A stretch of DNA of 41,462 nt from Candidatus Thorarchaeota archaeon SMTZ1-45 (GTDB taxonomy: Archaea > Asgardarchaeota > Thorarchaeia > Thorarchaeales > Thorarchaeaceae): assembly GCA_001563335.1 (NCBI GenBank), contig LRSL01000077.1:1-41462 (forward strand). The letters are read 5' to 3'. The notes under the pieces are model-generated. The model was not told where the DNA came from. It saw only the letters and a list, made by a program, of their open reading frames with translations, and did not search any database. Position 1 is the stretch's first letter; every line of letters begins with the position of its first letter. The translations under genes were made by a program, and so were the position numbers. Positions 27,679 to 36,745 of the stretch are shown here, one piece after another.

Positions 27679-28187
27679 TATCGCATCGATTTTGCGATTA
27701 AGAACCATATTATAGAGCTTACTATTTTCATAACCGCATAGAAACCCATCTGGTCTATTGCCTAATATCAGCCATTAGAGTGATGGTGGCAAACACACGG
27801 ACAGTCGTGGTAGGAGGGGGAGTTTTTGTATGAGGGCATTGTTACGAAAAACAGACCCGTGTGTTCGCCTTTGATTTCATCTATGAATGTTAGGGTCTTT
27901 GAAAGAAAAAACACAAGCCTTCAGTATTGGGTAGTGTTGGCGTGGCAATGTCCTGACGCATTTTCCTATGATATCATTCACTCAAACAGGGATAATCTTG
28001 TACCTCGGAAGCACCGAGCTGTAAGTAACAGATATATTATCTTTAGCAATTAGCAGGAACTTCCTACTGTAGGATAGAGATTGATATCTTTGAAACACTC
28101 CAGTCTGGATTAAATCAACAAACCTATTCAGGTGAAGTTATTTAGCGGGAAGTATTGATTTAATGCGCGACTTCTGGAGTTGTTCGA

Positions 28188-28517
28188 GTGAGTCTGAAAG
28201 GTCCCCTGCGTGACAAGAAAGCCTACATTAAGACAATCCTAGAACCGCTCAATGTAATAGTTCAGAGTCTAAGGAACCGGACAGTTGGTGACTCAATAGC
28301 ATACTATGAGATTATTTGGGACACTCCAACTGTGGATCCTCGGACAGGCGAAATTGAGATGGCGCTTATGTCTCGTTTTGACGATTTATTATTCAGAATA
28401 GTAAGTGAGAGCTTGACAAATGAGCGTGTTGTGCGGAGAGTGACCAGCCGCAGTACGAGAATCTTTTTCAGACATATGGCGAATCTTGAGGTGTCTATAG
28501 ACACATCAGCAATCTGA
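28188..28517 (+). CDS. Hypothetical protein
   Basis: 109-aa soluble ORF, GTG start after GGAG; no recognised family. Confidence 0.6.
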   Translation: MSLKGPLRDKKAYIKTILEPLNVIVQSLRNRTVGDSIAYYEIIWDTPTVDPRTGEIEMALMSRFDDLLFRIVSESLTNERVVRRVTSRSTRIFFRHMANLEVSIDTSAI

Positions 28518-28594
28518 GCCATCTGGTCCTTAGCTTTATCTCTATTCATGCTAATCTTGACATAGTTCACAAATTGGGTTGGATGAGTCGTAGC

Positions 28595-28825
28595 ATGAAT
28601 CAAAAGAAACAGGTGGGTTTCCGTGGACCTTTAGTACTCGCTGTCGGAGGGACCTTTATTGTGTTTCCACTCTTGTCCTATGCTCAGCTGTTGCATGATG
28701 GAAGACTCTCATTTCCGTATGAGGGAGCAGCAATGGGGATGACACTCTATGTGTGTCTGTTTGTATTTCTTGGTCTTCTGATAGCTGGAATGGGCCTGGA
28801 GATGATTCTTGAAGATAGTAGATAG
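28595..28825 (+). CDS. Small two-TM membrane protein
   Basis: Two hydrophobic segments; likely ATG 28595. Confidence 0.6.
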   Translation: MNQKKQVGFRGPLVLAVGGTFIVFPLLSYAQLLHDGRLSFPYEGAAMGMTLYVCLFVFLGLLIAGMGLEMILEDSR

Positions 28826-28833
28826 AGCGTAAA

Positions 28834-28857
28834 AGGAGGAGCTACTAAGCCCCTCCT
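28834..28857 (-). terminator. Hairpin between convergent genes
   Basis: Minus strand AGGAGGGGCT-TAGT-AGCTCCTCCT (one G-U) running into a short T tract, 16 nt after the M14 gene stop. Confidence 0.6.
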
Positions 28858-28873
28858 GTATGTGTTTCTTCAG

Positions 28874-30571
28874 TCATCTGGTCTTAGCAAAGTAGACAAC
28901 AACTACTAGAGCCACAATAGCGACTCCAGCAACAACAGCAATGAGGAGCGGGTCGAGTGTTGAAGGAGCAGCCAAAGATAACACAAACTCTGTGAAACCA
29001 GTATAGTTGTTTCCAAAGAGAATGCTCACACCAGAGCTGGTCAAGTCCTCAGAGAGTACAATCGTGGCCTGATCCGTGAGTGATTGTCCACCACCAACCG
29101 CGATGATGGAGTCTAGAGTTACTCCAGCTTCGTCTAGAATAAATACACCCTCTTTACTGCCGAGACGAGGGCTTAGGCAATCGGTCCTTGTAGAGAGGGA
29201 GATGCTTTCTCCTGTAGTTGTCCCTCCATATATACCTGTAATTGACACATCAAGCCTAGGAGTCATCTCAAGCAGATAAATGAATGAAGGAAGCATGTCC
29301 TCCCAGAGTGAATCAATATAGTCCTCGACTGGGTTGAAGTAACCATAGATACCTTTCCACTCGCGGATGATGTGTGTGTTGTTATTCTCTATGATCACAT
29401 GAGCCTCCTCCAAGTCCACCGTTCCATTATGGTATAACTCTAATGTGATTGGAACTGTTGTACCTCGCTCATAGTACATCCACTCATCCCAGGAGCCACT
29501 CAACGCGGTCTCTAGTTTAGTTTTTGCAGGTAAATATCCTAGATACTCGTTGAATCCATCTGGGAGAATATCATCAAAATCAAGACATATCTGATAGTAG
29601 AGTAGATTCTCAGGCCAGTTGTCATATTCATCAGTTGGGAAATAGGTCGCGTTTATTCCAGAGTGAAGAGAGTATGCCATCGCAAACCTGTGGTTTAATG
29701 CAAAGTCACGGAAAGCTTGAGTTTCTGGTTCTGAGAATGGTGCTGTTCCACAATAGACCTGTGTTATCGGATTTAATAGATCTGGATCATTAAGTCCCCA
29801 GAATGAGGCATAATTACGATTGAGGTCAACAAGACCAACCTCATCTTCATTGACTAAACCATCCTCATCGTTGTCAATTCCCTCCCAGTACTCCCAATCG
29901 TAGTCGTTAATGTCAGGAACTTCTGTTGGAGACTCTTTTTCGTAAACAAGGAAATTAGAGATCCATCCGTCACCATCTACATCATCAATATCATCCTCAG
30001 AGAAGAGCCCATCACCATCATTGTCGAAGGGTCTCAGATTCTTTCTGAGCCAGTGATTACCTTGATTGACTACAATCTCCAGGGCATCAGGATTGAGCGT
30101 GGGGATGATGTATATCTCTTGAGTGTCAATATACTCTGTAATAATGGCATCAACCCCATAACTGTTGAGTAGGTAGAGAATGAATCGCAGTGCCATTTCA
30201 ACAGTAATCTGTTCTCGACCGTGATGTTGAGCAACAACAAGTGTCTTAGCCTTCTGAACAGTGTTCAACTCGTTTGTGACTCGAAGACACGTCAGGTTTC
30301 GACCTTGGTAGCTTTGACCAATTACTTCCAAATCAACTAGTTCAGGCACTAGGCTGTGTATGTTCTCAATCTCCTCATCCACCTCCGATGGATCATGAAA
30401 CTGATCAGCATAGAGCAGTGAAATATCATCCCAAGTACGAGTGACTGATGGTGTGACCACTTTCTCTATGACCGGTGTTGTACCTACCTGTTCTGAAGCC
30501 ATCACTTGAATAGGTGCAATAACTAATGTGAGAATCAGGGAGAGGAGTACAATTCTAGATTTTGCTTGTAT
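28874..30571 (-). CDS. Membrane-anchored M14 family zinc carboxypeptidase
   Basis: HHGRE, NPD, RKN, VDLNRN, PFSEPET, SLHS, ELY; DxDxDG-type loops; C-terminal TM. The signal peptide QAKSRIVLLSLILTLVIAPIQVMA lies upstream of track start 30505 and can only start at ATA 30571 or ATC 30574. Confidence 0.92.
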   Translation of the reverse strand: MQAKSRIVLLSLILTLVIAPIQVMASEQVGTTPVIEKVVTPSVTRTWDDISLLYADQFHDPSEVDEEIENIHSLVPELVDLEVIGQSYQGRNLTCLRVTNELNTVQKAKTLVVAQHHGREQITVEMALRFILYLLNSYGVDAIITEYIDTQEIYIIPTLNPDALEIVVNQGNHWLRKNLRPFDNDGDGLFSEDDIDDVDGDGWISNFLVYEKESPTEVPDINDYDWEYWEGIDNDEDGLVNEDEVGLVDLNRNYASFWGLNDPDLLNPITQVYCGTAPFSEPETQAFRDFALNHRFAMAYSLHSGINATYFPTDEYDNWPENLLYYQICLDFDDILPDGFNEYLGYLPAKTKLETALSGSWDEWMYYERGTTVPITLELYHNGTVDLEEAHVIIENNNTHIIREWKGIYGYFNPVEDYIDSLWEDMLPSFIYLLEMTPRLDVSITGIYGGTTTGESISLSTRTDCLSPRLGSKEGVFILDEAGVTLDSIIAVGGGQSLTDQATIVLSEDLTSSGVSILFGNNYTGFTEFVLSLAAPSTLDPLLIAVVAGVAIVALVVVVYFAKTR

Positions 30572-30788
30572 GATTTTTGCTCACCTCTTTTGTTTTCCAG
30601 TATGATTAGATTCCCAGGTGTTTCATCGGACAATAATGCGCTCCGGGACCTAATTGCAGACTTTCACAGTAGCCCCAGTCCCTATAATAGCAGTTTAGTT
30701 TCACGTAACATCTCGCGGTTTTATTCAATCACTCCAAAACAATGAACATAAGAGGAGGAGAACGAGATTGTTCAAGCGGCGGCAGTTC

Positions 30789-31247
30789 ATGAAAAAAGCA
30801 ATCATTGTCTATGAAAGCGTTTATGGTAACACAAAGAAGATTGCGGAGGCAATCTGTGAGGGCATTAACAAGGCTGAGGGAGTGAAATGTGTAGTCAAAA
30901 AGACGGGAGAGATACACACTGACGATCTCTGCGATTATGATGCAATTCTGTTTGGATGTCCAAACCATAACCAAGGACCAGCGTTGAATCTTCTTCGATT
31001 CATTGATAGAGCTGCTATAGTTCATCTCAAGGCAAAGATTGGTGCAGCATTTGATACGTATACTGGCGGTAACAAGGATGTTGCTGTCGCGAAGCTAGAA
31101 ACAACTATACTCGAGAGACTTCCAGGCATTTCCCTTGAGGGGAGATTATCAGCCAAGGTCACTAGCCGAAAAGGACCGCTTGCTGCGGATGAAGAGTCAA
31201 AAGCGATAGAATTTGGGAAAGAGTTTGGGCAGAAGATTTTGTTATAG
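30789..31247 (+). CDS. Flavodoxin-family protein
   Basis: IVYESVYGNTKKIAEAI, DAILFGCP, AAFDT; ATG 30789. Confidence 0.9.
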   Translation: MKKAIIVYESVYGNTKKIAEAICEGINKAEGVKCVVKKTGEIHTDDLCDYDAILFGCPNHNQGPALNLLRFIDRAAIVHLKAKIGAAFDTYTGGNKDVAVAKLETTILERLPGISLEGRLSAKVTSRKGPLAADEESKAIEFGKEFGQKILL

Positions 31248-31326
31248 ACGCCTGACGATGCTAACAATTCATAAGTATCGGTGTATAGATGGATTCTGGA
31301 TTTGCGTAAGTTAGGAGGTAGATCTT

Positions 31327-31953
31327 ATGCAATGGAAAAAGATGCTATTCGCGATAATTATTGGTATTATCTTGTTCACCACTGACATGAGGTTTGGATG
31401 GATATCAGTCACTCTTGGTGGGATTTGGACGCTCTTTCTCATTGTCTTCATTGTCGGAATCCTTGCAGGGGATATCTCTGGAGGATTCGTAGCGGGGATT
31501 TTAACTGAGCTATTTGGTGTTCTACTATTAGCGATATTTCCAACAATCTTCTTCCCCGAAATCACCATCTCCGCATCAGACATTCTCTCTATGATGTGGC
31601 TTGTAATGTCTTTATCACTCTCATACAGTATGAGATTTCCAGATGAACCAGTTCCATGGATTGAAACTTTGGTAATCATCATATTGCTAATTGTACTCGC
31701 CCCAATTGTCTATGGGATGGCCCTTATTTTTGGTCCCTTGGGCGGTCTAATTGGGAGGTTTATCTATCCAAGGATCTTTAAACCAAAGGTTGCTCCAATG
31801 AGAGTACCTTCTCAGGCACCTCAACCATCAACACCACCGCCTCCGTCGGAAGAACCAATGGAGGAAACGTCATTACCTGAAACAGAATCAGTTTCCGAGG
31901 AAGAATTTGATGAGGAGTCATTTTCTTCCGAGTCAGAGTCATTTGATGAGTAG
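31327..31953 (+). CDS. Hypothetical membrane protein with Pro-rich then Glu/Ser-rich disordered C-tail
   Basis: 4-5 TM segments with G-x-x-x-G motifs; GGAGGT upstream. Confidence 0.8.
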   Translation: MQWKKMLFAIIIGIILFTTDMRFGWISVTLGGIWTLFLIVFIVGILAGDISGGFVAGILTELFGVLLLAIFPTIFFPEITISASDILSMMWLVMSLSLSYSMRFPDEPVPWIETLVIIILLIVLAPIVYGMALIFGPLGGLIGRFIYPRIFKPKVAPMRVPSQAPQPSTPPPPSEEPMEETSLPETESVSEEEFDEESFSSESESFDE

Positions 31954-32087
31954 AATAACAACAGTTATAACATATTAATTCATATTATCTAATATGTTAG
32001 AGCTGAAACCAGCTCTGATGATCCCAGGTTTCAATGCTTTGGCAGAGTTCCGCTGAATAATCTGGAGAAACCACAAGAGATAGAACG

Positions 32088-32420
32088 ATGAAGACCGAGA
32101 CAATATCTATGTCTAGCGCAGAAACAAAGACACCATGTGGTAAATGCAGTTGTATAATATTATACACATCTGAGTTCTGTGTGTTTTGCGAGGCGGCGGA
32201 AGAGATACTGATCGAAGCTCTGACTAATTTTGGGGTTTCTAGAACTGCAATCAGAGAGGTGGATGTCGAAACCGAAGATGAGTGTGGTTGCAGAACTGAT
32301 GATGTCACAATGTTGCCCACCATCAAAGTCTGTGATCAACACATCACTGGACTGCCTGAGGAGCAATCTATGAAAGACGCTGTCATGCGGGCCATCATGA
32401 AGGAGTGTTTTTGTGAGTAA
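32088..32420 (+). CDS. Thioredoxin/glutaredoxin-fold protein, Cys-rich
   Basis: LYTSEFCVFC active-site CxxC, EVDV, MLPT cis-Pro motif, ITGLP; 10 Cys in 110 aa. Confidence 0.8.
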   Translation: MKTETISMSSAETKTPCGKCSCIILYTSEFCVFCEAAEEILIEALTNFGVSRTAIREVDVETEDECGCRTDDVTMLPTIKVCDQHITGLPEEQSMKDAVMRAIMKECFCE

Positions 32421-32422
32421 GA

Positions 32423-32878
32423 CTAGAAGTCAAGCTGGATTGTTTCCCAACGCACTCTACCCTGTTCTACAGCTTCTTTGATCTTACGTTCGGTACGACT
32501 TAATGTGGCATCGCCTGTCTTGATATCAGCAAGAATGACTGTTATCGGCTCACCCGAGTTGCCGTCTTTGACCGCAGTGTAGCCATCGAAAATGAGGTAG
32601 TCAATCGGAGCTCCTATGAATCGAGCATCCGCCGGGTCATACTTAAAGACATCTCTATACATTGGCACCAGATGTTCAGCTATTTTGCCCTTCAGGACAT
32701 AACGACTTCTGTCTGCAGCATCCTTCCGAATTGATGACTCTTGCTCGGCCCAGATTTGGCGAAATTCCTTCTCCACTATAGCAATCTTATGACGAAGTTG
32801 CATCTTCATAATCAGATAAACAGCTGCGGCTAGGACTAGACCTATGGAGAGCCCAATTAGAGTATCTGTAAATGCCAT
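32423..32878 (-). CDS. Holliday junction resolvase-like endonuclease (Endonuc_Holl family) with N-terminal TM
   Basis: DAADRSRYVLKGKIAEHLVP, DARFIGAPIDYLIFDG, DIKTG...LS..ERKIKEAVEQGRVRWE. Confidence 0.88.
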   Translation of the reverse strand: MAFTDTLIGLSIGLVLAAAVYLIMKMQLRHKIAIVEKEFRQIWAEQESSIRKDAADRSRYVLKGKIAEHLVPMYRDVFKYDPADARFIGAPIDYLIFDGYTAVKDGNSGEPITVILADIKTGDATLSRTERKIKEAVEQGRVRWETIQLDF

Positions 32879-33107
32879 ACAAAGGAGTGTGATTTATTCA
32901 ATATATTCTCAGGTAATCAGAGGGTATTCGCTGGAGATTACCATTCAGATAGATATTCTCCCAGCGAGTTTCGATTCTGCAACGGACTCTCAAACTATTT
33001 CATTAGAGATTGGATTCTAGTATCACGAAGTTCTAGAAAGTTGGTTGTGTTTCGTCAAAGCGGACCCTTAAGTGTGAGTTTCTTTAGAAAATAAATAGTG
33101 AGTCACG

Positions 33108-34157
33108 ATGTCAGAAGAAACATTAGGTCTCCTAAAGACACTATCTGCGATTCCAGGACCTGTTGGAAGAGAAACATTGGTCCAAGACGTCATTAAAGAG
33201 CACTTCAGGGAACACTGTGGGAGCTTTGTTCAGGATCGGCTTGGAAATGTCATAGGTACATTGGAAGGAGAAATCCAGAAACATTATGCTATTGTGGCTC
33301 ATGCAGATGAGGTTGGATTTCTTGTAAGTAGCATTGATGAGAATGGTTTCCTACGTGTCAAGTGGAACACTCAAAGTCACATGCCAGACCTTCGTCTATT
33401 ACCAGGTCAATGGGTTCTAATCATGACCGAGAAAGGATTGATTCCTGGTGTGTTCTGTGTAATGACCGCACATCTGGCAGGTCCTGAGGGAAAAAACAGA
33501 ATCCCTACATACGAAGAGATTTTCCTCGATATCGGAGCAAAGAGTGTTGAAGATATTAAAGAGTTGGGCATCAATATTGGAGACCCAGTCATCTATGCCG
33601 CACCAGTTGAGAAACTACTGAACCATCATGTTTCTGGAAAGTCCATGGATGACAGGGTAGGACTTGTGGTGCTCCTGAGGGTCTTGAAACAAATCGCAAT
33701 GGTTCCAAAATCTAAACGGCCTACAATCACATTTGTTTCGACTGTGATGGAAGAATTGGGAGCAAAGGGGGCAGCAGCAGTAGCAAAAGACCTTGATGTG
33801 GATTCAGTCATCGTACTAGATATCGGGCTTGCAGATGATCATCCTGGAACAAAAGGAGAAACGAGTATTGCCCTCGGAGGGGGACCAGTTGTCGTAATCA
33901 AAGACATTGCTATACACTACTCACATGACTTAGTCCAGAAAATAATCAAGACCGCGGAAGCAGAAGAAATACCAATTCAGCGAGCTGTTTTTCATTCCTA
34001 CATGACAGATGGAGTACAATTTGCCTCTCATGGCCAGATTGTAACTGTCCTGGCGGTGCCGTGCAGATATTCGCACTCCAGTTTTGAAACCGTTAATCTC
34101 CTAGATGTGGACATGACAATACATCTGCTGATGAAACTGCTTGGACCTAGTTTGTAG
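33108..34157 (+). CDS. M42 family (TET-like) aminopeptidase
   Basis: AHADEVG, IFLDIG, GKSMDDRVG, MEELG, VLDIG, TDG, RYSHS. Confidence 0.92.
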   Translation: MSEETLGLLKTLSAIPGPVGRETLVQDVIKEHFREHCGSFVQDRLGNVIGTLEGEIQKHYAIVAHADEVGFLVSSIDENGFLRVKWNTQSHMPDLRLLPGQWVLIMTEKGLIPGVFCVMTAHLAGPEGKNRIPTYEEIFLDIGAKSVEDIKELGINIGDPVIYAAPVEKLLNHHVSGKSMDDRVGLVVLLRVLKQIAMVPKSKRPTITFVSTVMEELGAKGAAAVAKDLDVDSVIVLDIGLADDHPGTKGETSIALGGGPVVVIKDIAIHYSHDLVQKIIKTAEAEEIPIQRAVFHSYMTDGVQFASHGQIVTVLAVPCRYSHSSFETVNLLDVDMTIHLLMKLLGPSL

Positions 34158-34581
34158 CAGTTCTGTTGGACAAAGGTTCAACGCGTACTTTCATGCTTTC
34201 TCGGGCTAAAACAACAACTTCAGTCCCCTTGTTGATAGTACCAATATCACAGCGAGCCTCCCAGATTTCAGCTCCAACTCTAATCTTTCCAGCTATTTGT
34301 GTGACTTCCTCAATTACTATTCCCGTCATTCCTTTTAATTCATAGAAAGGTCTAGCCTCTTCCAAAAGAGACGGGTAGACAAGGTAGTATTTTGCTGCGA
34401 CAAATACTACAGCACCGATTATCAAAAGGACAGTGGCTATTAGAAACCAATCAGGTCTGAAGATGTATACAATCCACATAGCAATGGGGATTAGGACTAG
34501 CTCATCTATTGTGATGGCAATAAATTTGGCTCTAGGTGAAAAATCTACCACTTCTTCACATCCTATTTCTTGAGCTTTCAT
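34147..34581 (-). CDS. NfeD-like membrane protein (short form, OB-fold)
   Basis: Two TMs then LKGMTGIV, GKIRVGAEIWEARC, IxKGTEVVV...VRVEP. The true start may be GTG 34551. Confidence 0.85.
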   Translation of the reverse strand: MKAQEIGCEEVVDFSPRAKFIAITIDELVLIPIAMWIVYIFRPDWFLIATVLLIIGAVVFVAAKYYLVYPSLLEEARPFYELKGMTGIVIEEVTQIAGKIRVGAEIWEARCDIGTINKGTEVVVLARESMKVRVEPLSNRTATN

Positions 34582-34690
34582 TAACGTGAGATGAAAAAAA
34601 GGTTTGCAACCTAGAAGACCATTTTCCTATATTGGATAGATAGTACGATTGAAAAGGGGAAGATAATGCGGCCACCATAGTGACCAGTTC

Positions 34691-35812
34691 TTGAAGACTG
34701 AAACAATCCAAATCATGGCTGGAGCAGCCATGCTGTCAGCATTCACCTATGTCCCTATACTAGCGAGAGAAACGATTGGGATTTCAGAGCTACTTGTAAC
34801 CATTATTGTAGGTGGATATGCGACAGCTTCTTTCATTTCTTCATACATTTTTGGTCGGGCTGGGGATATCTATGGAAGGAGAATAGTAATCAGACTGGGT
34901 CTTCTTCTTGCCACATTTAGTTTTGGACTACTCATGGTTTCTTCAAGCTTTGAGGTCTTATTCTTTGTAAGGGTCGCAAATGGATTCTGTGTTGGAATGT
35001 ATCCTGGAGCTCTTGCAGCGTATGCATTTGAATCAAAGATGAAAATGGGTAGGTTTGCTACATGGGGTGCAGCTGGTTGGGGGTTGGGTACTCTCTTTGC
35101 AGGTTATGCTGCAGGATTCAACATCTACTATGCATTCCTTATGTCAACGGTTTTTCTGGCTATTGCTTTTGGGTCAGCACTAACACTCCCTCCAATGAAA
35201 ACTGAGATGGTGAAGGTTCCTTGGTTCCCGATTGAAACATTCAAACGAAATGCTTCGATTTACTTAGCAGTATTCATTCGCCATAGTAGTGCTTTCGCTG
35301 TTTGGACTCTCTGGCCTTTGTTTCTCTATGACTTAGGAGCAGATACTCTCTCAATAGCAATTGTACAAGCAACTAATGCTGTTGCGCAGGTCTTCTTCAT
35401 GGTCACTGTTACAGATCGTTTCGACAGCAAGAAACTTGTGGCAATTGGACTTATCTCATCTGCAGCCACGTTTGCGTGGTTTACATTTGCTCATAGCATC
35501 ATTGAGATATTGCCCTCTCAGCTTTTACTCGGGTTTGCGTGGGCAACACTCTATGTTGGTGCATTGAAGTATGTTACTGAGAATAACAAAGAGAGATCGA
35601 CAGCTGCAGGACTTCTTCAGTCGATGTTGTCGCTGTCAGGTGTTGTTGGTCCAGTAATGGCTGCCTTTATTTATACAATCATTCCTGGTTATACTCCCAT
35701 TATGTTCTATGCTGTAGGAATGTCTCTTTTCGCCTATGTAATATTCTGGTGGAGTAACCGCAATGATGAGCAGCAACCAGTCACAAGAGATTTAGAAACA
35801 AATCTGCTGTAG
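34691..35812 (+). CDS. MFS transporter
   Basis: Motif A FGRAGDIYGRR, second-half TDRFDSKK, about 12 TM segments. Confidence 0.92.
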   Translation: MKTETIQIMAGAAMLSAFTYVPILARETIGISELLVTIIVGGYATASFISSYIFGRAGDIYGRRIVIRLGLLLATFSFGLLMVSSSFEVLFFVRVANGFCVGMYPGALAAYAFESKMKMGRFATWGAAGWGLGTLFAGYAAGFNIYYAFLMSTVFLAIAFGSALTLPPMKTEMVKVPWFPIETFKRNASIYLAVFIRHSSAFAVWTLWPLFLYDLGADTLSIAIVQATNAVAQVFFMVTVTDRFDSKKLVAIGLISSAATFAWFTFAHSIIEILPSQLLLGFAWATLYVGALKYVTENNKERSTAAGLLQSMLSLSGVVGPVMAAFIYTIIPGYTPIMFYAVGMSLFAYVIFWWSNRNDEQQPVTRDLETNLL

Positions 35813-35888
35813 AGGGAAGATGGATTTGCGCTGGTAGATTTGTCCATATATCTTCCAGGTGATGCAACATTCTGTGGATGGTCGTTCT

Positions 35889-36728
35889 ATGTACATTAGA
35901 AAGATGTCACAACAGGATATCGAATTTGCATTGACTCTTACAACCACAGAAGGCTGGGGAAGTATCAAACTTGACTTTGAAGAGCTACTGGCTTTTGATC
36001 CTCAAGGATGTTTCATCGCAGAATTTAGTGATGAGCCTATTGGAATGATTTGCACTACGCCATACAACAGTTTTGGATTTGTTAGCAATCTTATTGTCTT
36101 GAGAGAACATAGAAACAAAAAGCTTGGTACGGAACTGATGAAGCATGCTCTTGAGTATCTAGAGAGGAAACATGTGGTATCACATCTACTTGACGGAGTT
36201 ATGAAGGCAATATCTCTGTATGAACGATTTGGTTTTGAAAAGAGACATAAATCTCTGCGTCTTGAGGGTTACGTTGAGCCAAAAGAGTCAGCTGATATTC
36301 GATACATGACAGCTGGAGATTTGGATGATATAGATCAGTTTGATACAAAGTTCTTTGGAGCGAGTCGAAAAAGGTTCATTGAGTCCAGACTGAGACATTT
36401 CCCGAAGCTTTGCAAGGTGTTAGATATTAATGGAGAATTAGCAGGGTATATCATGGGGAGTGAGAGGTCAGGTTTCATCAGGATTGGCCCATGGGTTATG
36501 AAGAATAATCATGAACAAGCTGAGGATTTGTTAAGAGATTTTGCCTTGGAAGTTGATGGTATGCCTCTACAGATTGGCGTTCTAAAGAATAATAGAAGAG
36601 CACTTCAGATTTTCCAGAAACATAAGTTTGCTCAGAAAAGCTTCTCATGGAGGATGATGAGAGGCCCTAAAGGCAACTGGACATTCTCAGACCATCTATA
36701 TGCAATTTGCTCAGCGGCACGGGGGTAG
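35889..36728 (+). CDS. Tandem-domain GNAT acetyltransferase (YitH-like)
   Basis: EGWG, VLREHRNKKLGTELM, AISLYERFGF, second domain with RIGPW; ATG 35889. Confidence 0.88.
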   Translation: MYIRKMSQQDIEFALTLTTTEGWGSIKLDFEELLAFDPQGCFIAEFSDEPIGMICTTPYNSFGFVSNLIVLREHRNKKLGTELMKHALEYLERKHVVSHLLDGVMKAISLYERFGFEKRHKSLRLEGYVEPKESADIRYMTAGDLDDIDQFDTKFFGASRKRFIESRLRHFPKLCKVLDINGELAGYIMGSERSGFIRIGPWVMKNNHEQAEDLLRDFALEVDGMPLQIGVLKNNRRALQIFQKHKFAQKSFSWRMMRGPKGNWTFSDHLYAICSAARG

Positions 36729-36745
36729 ATTACTAGTCCAAAGTA

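Noticed and set aside
27826-28053. 75-aa ORF in the hppA upstream gap
   Set aside because: No recognisable features and it overlaps the stem-loop; a GGAGG lies upstream so it cannot be fully excluded, but support is too weak to call.
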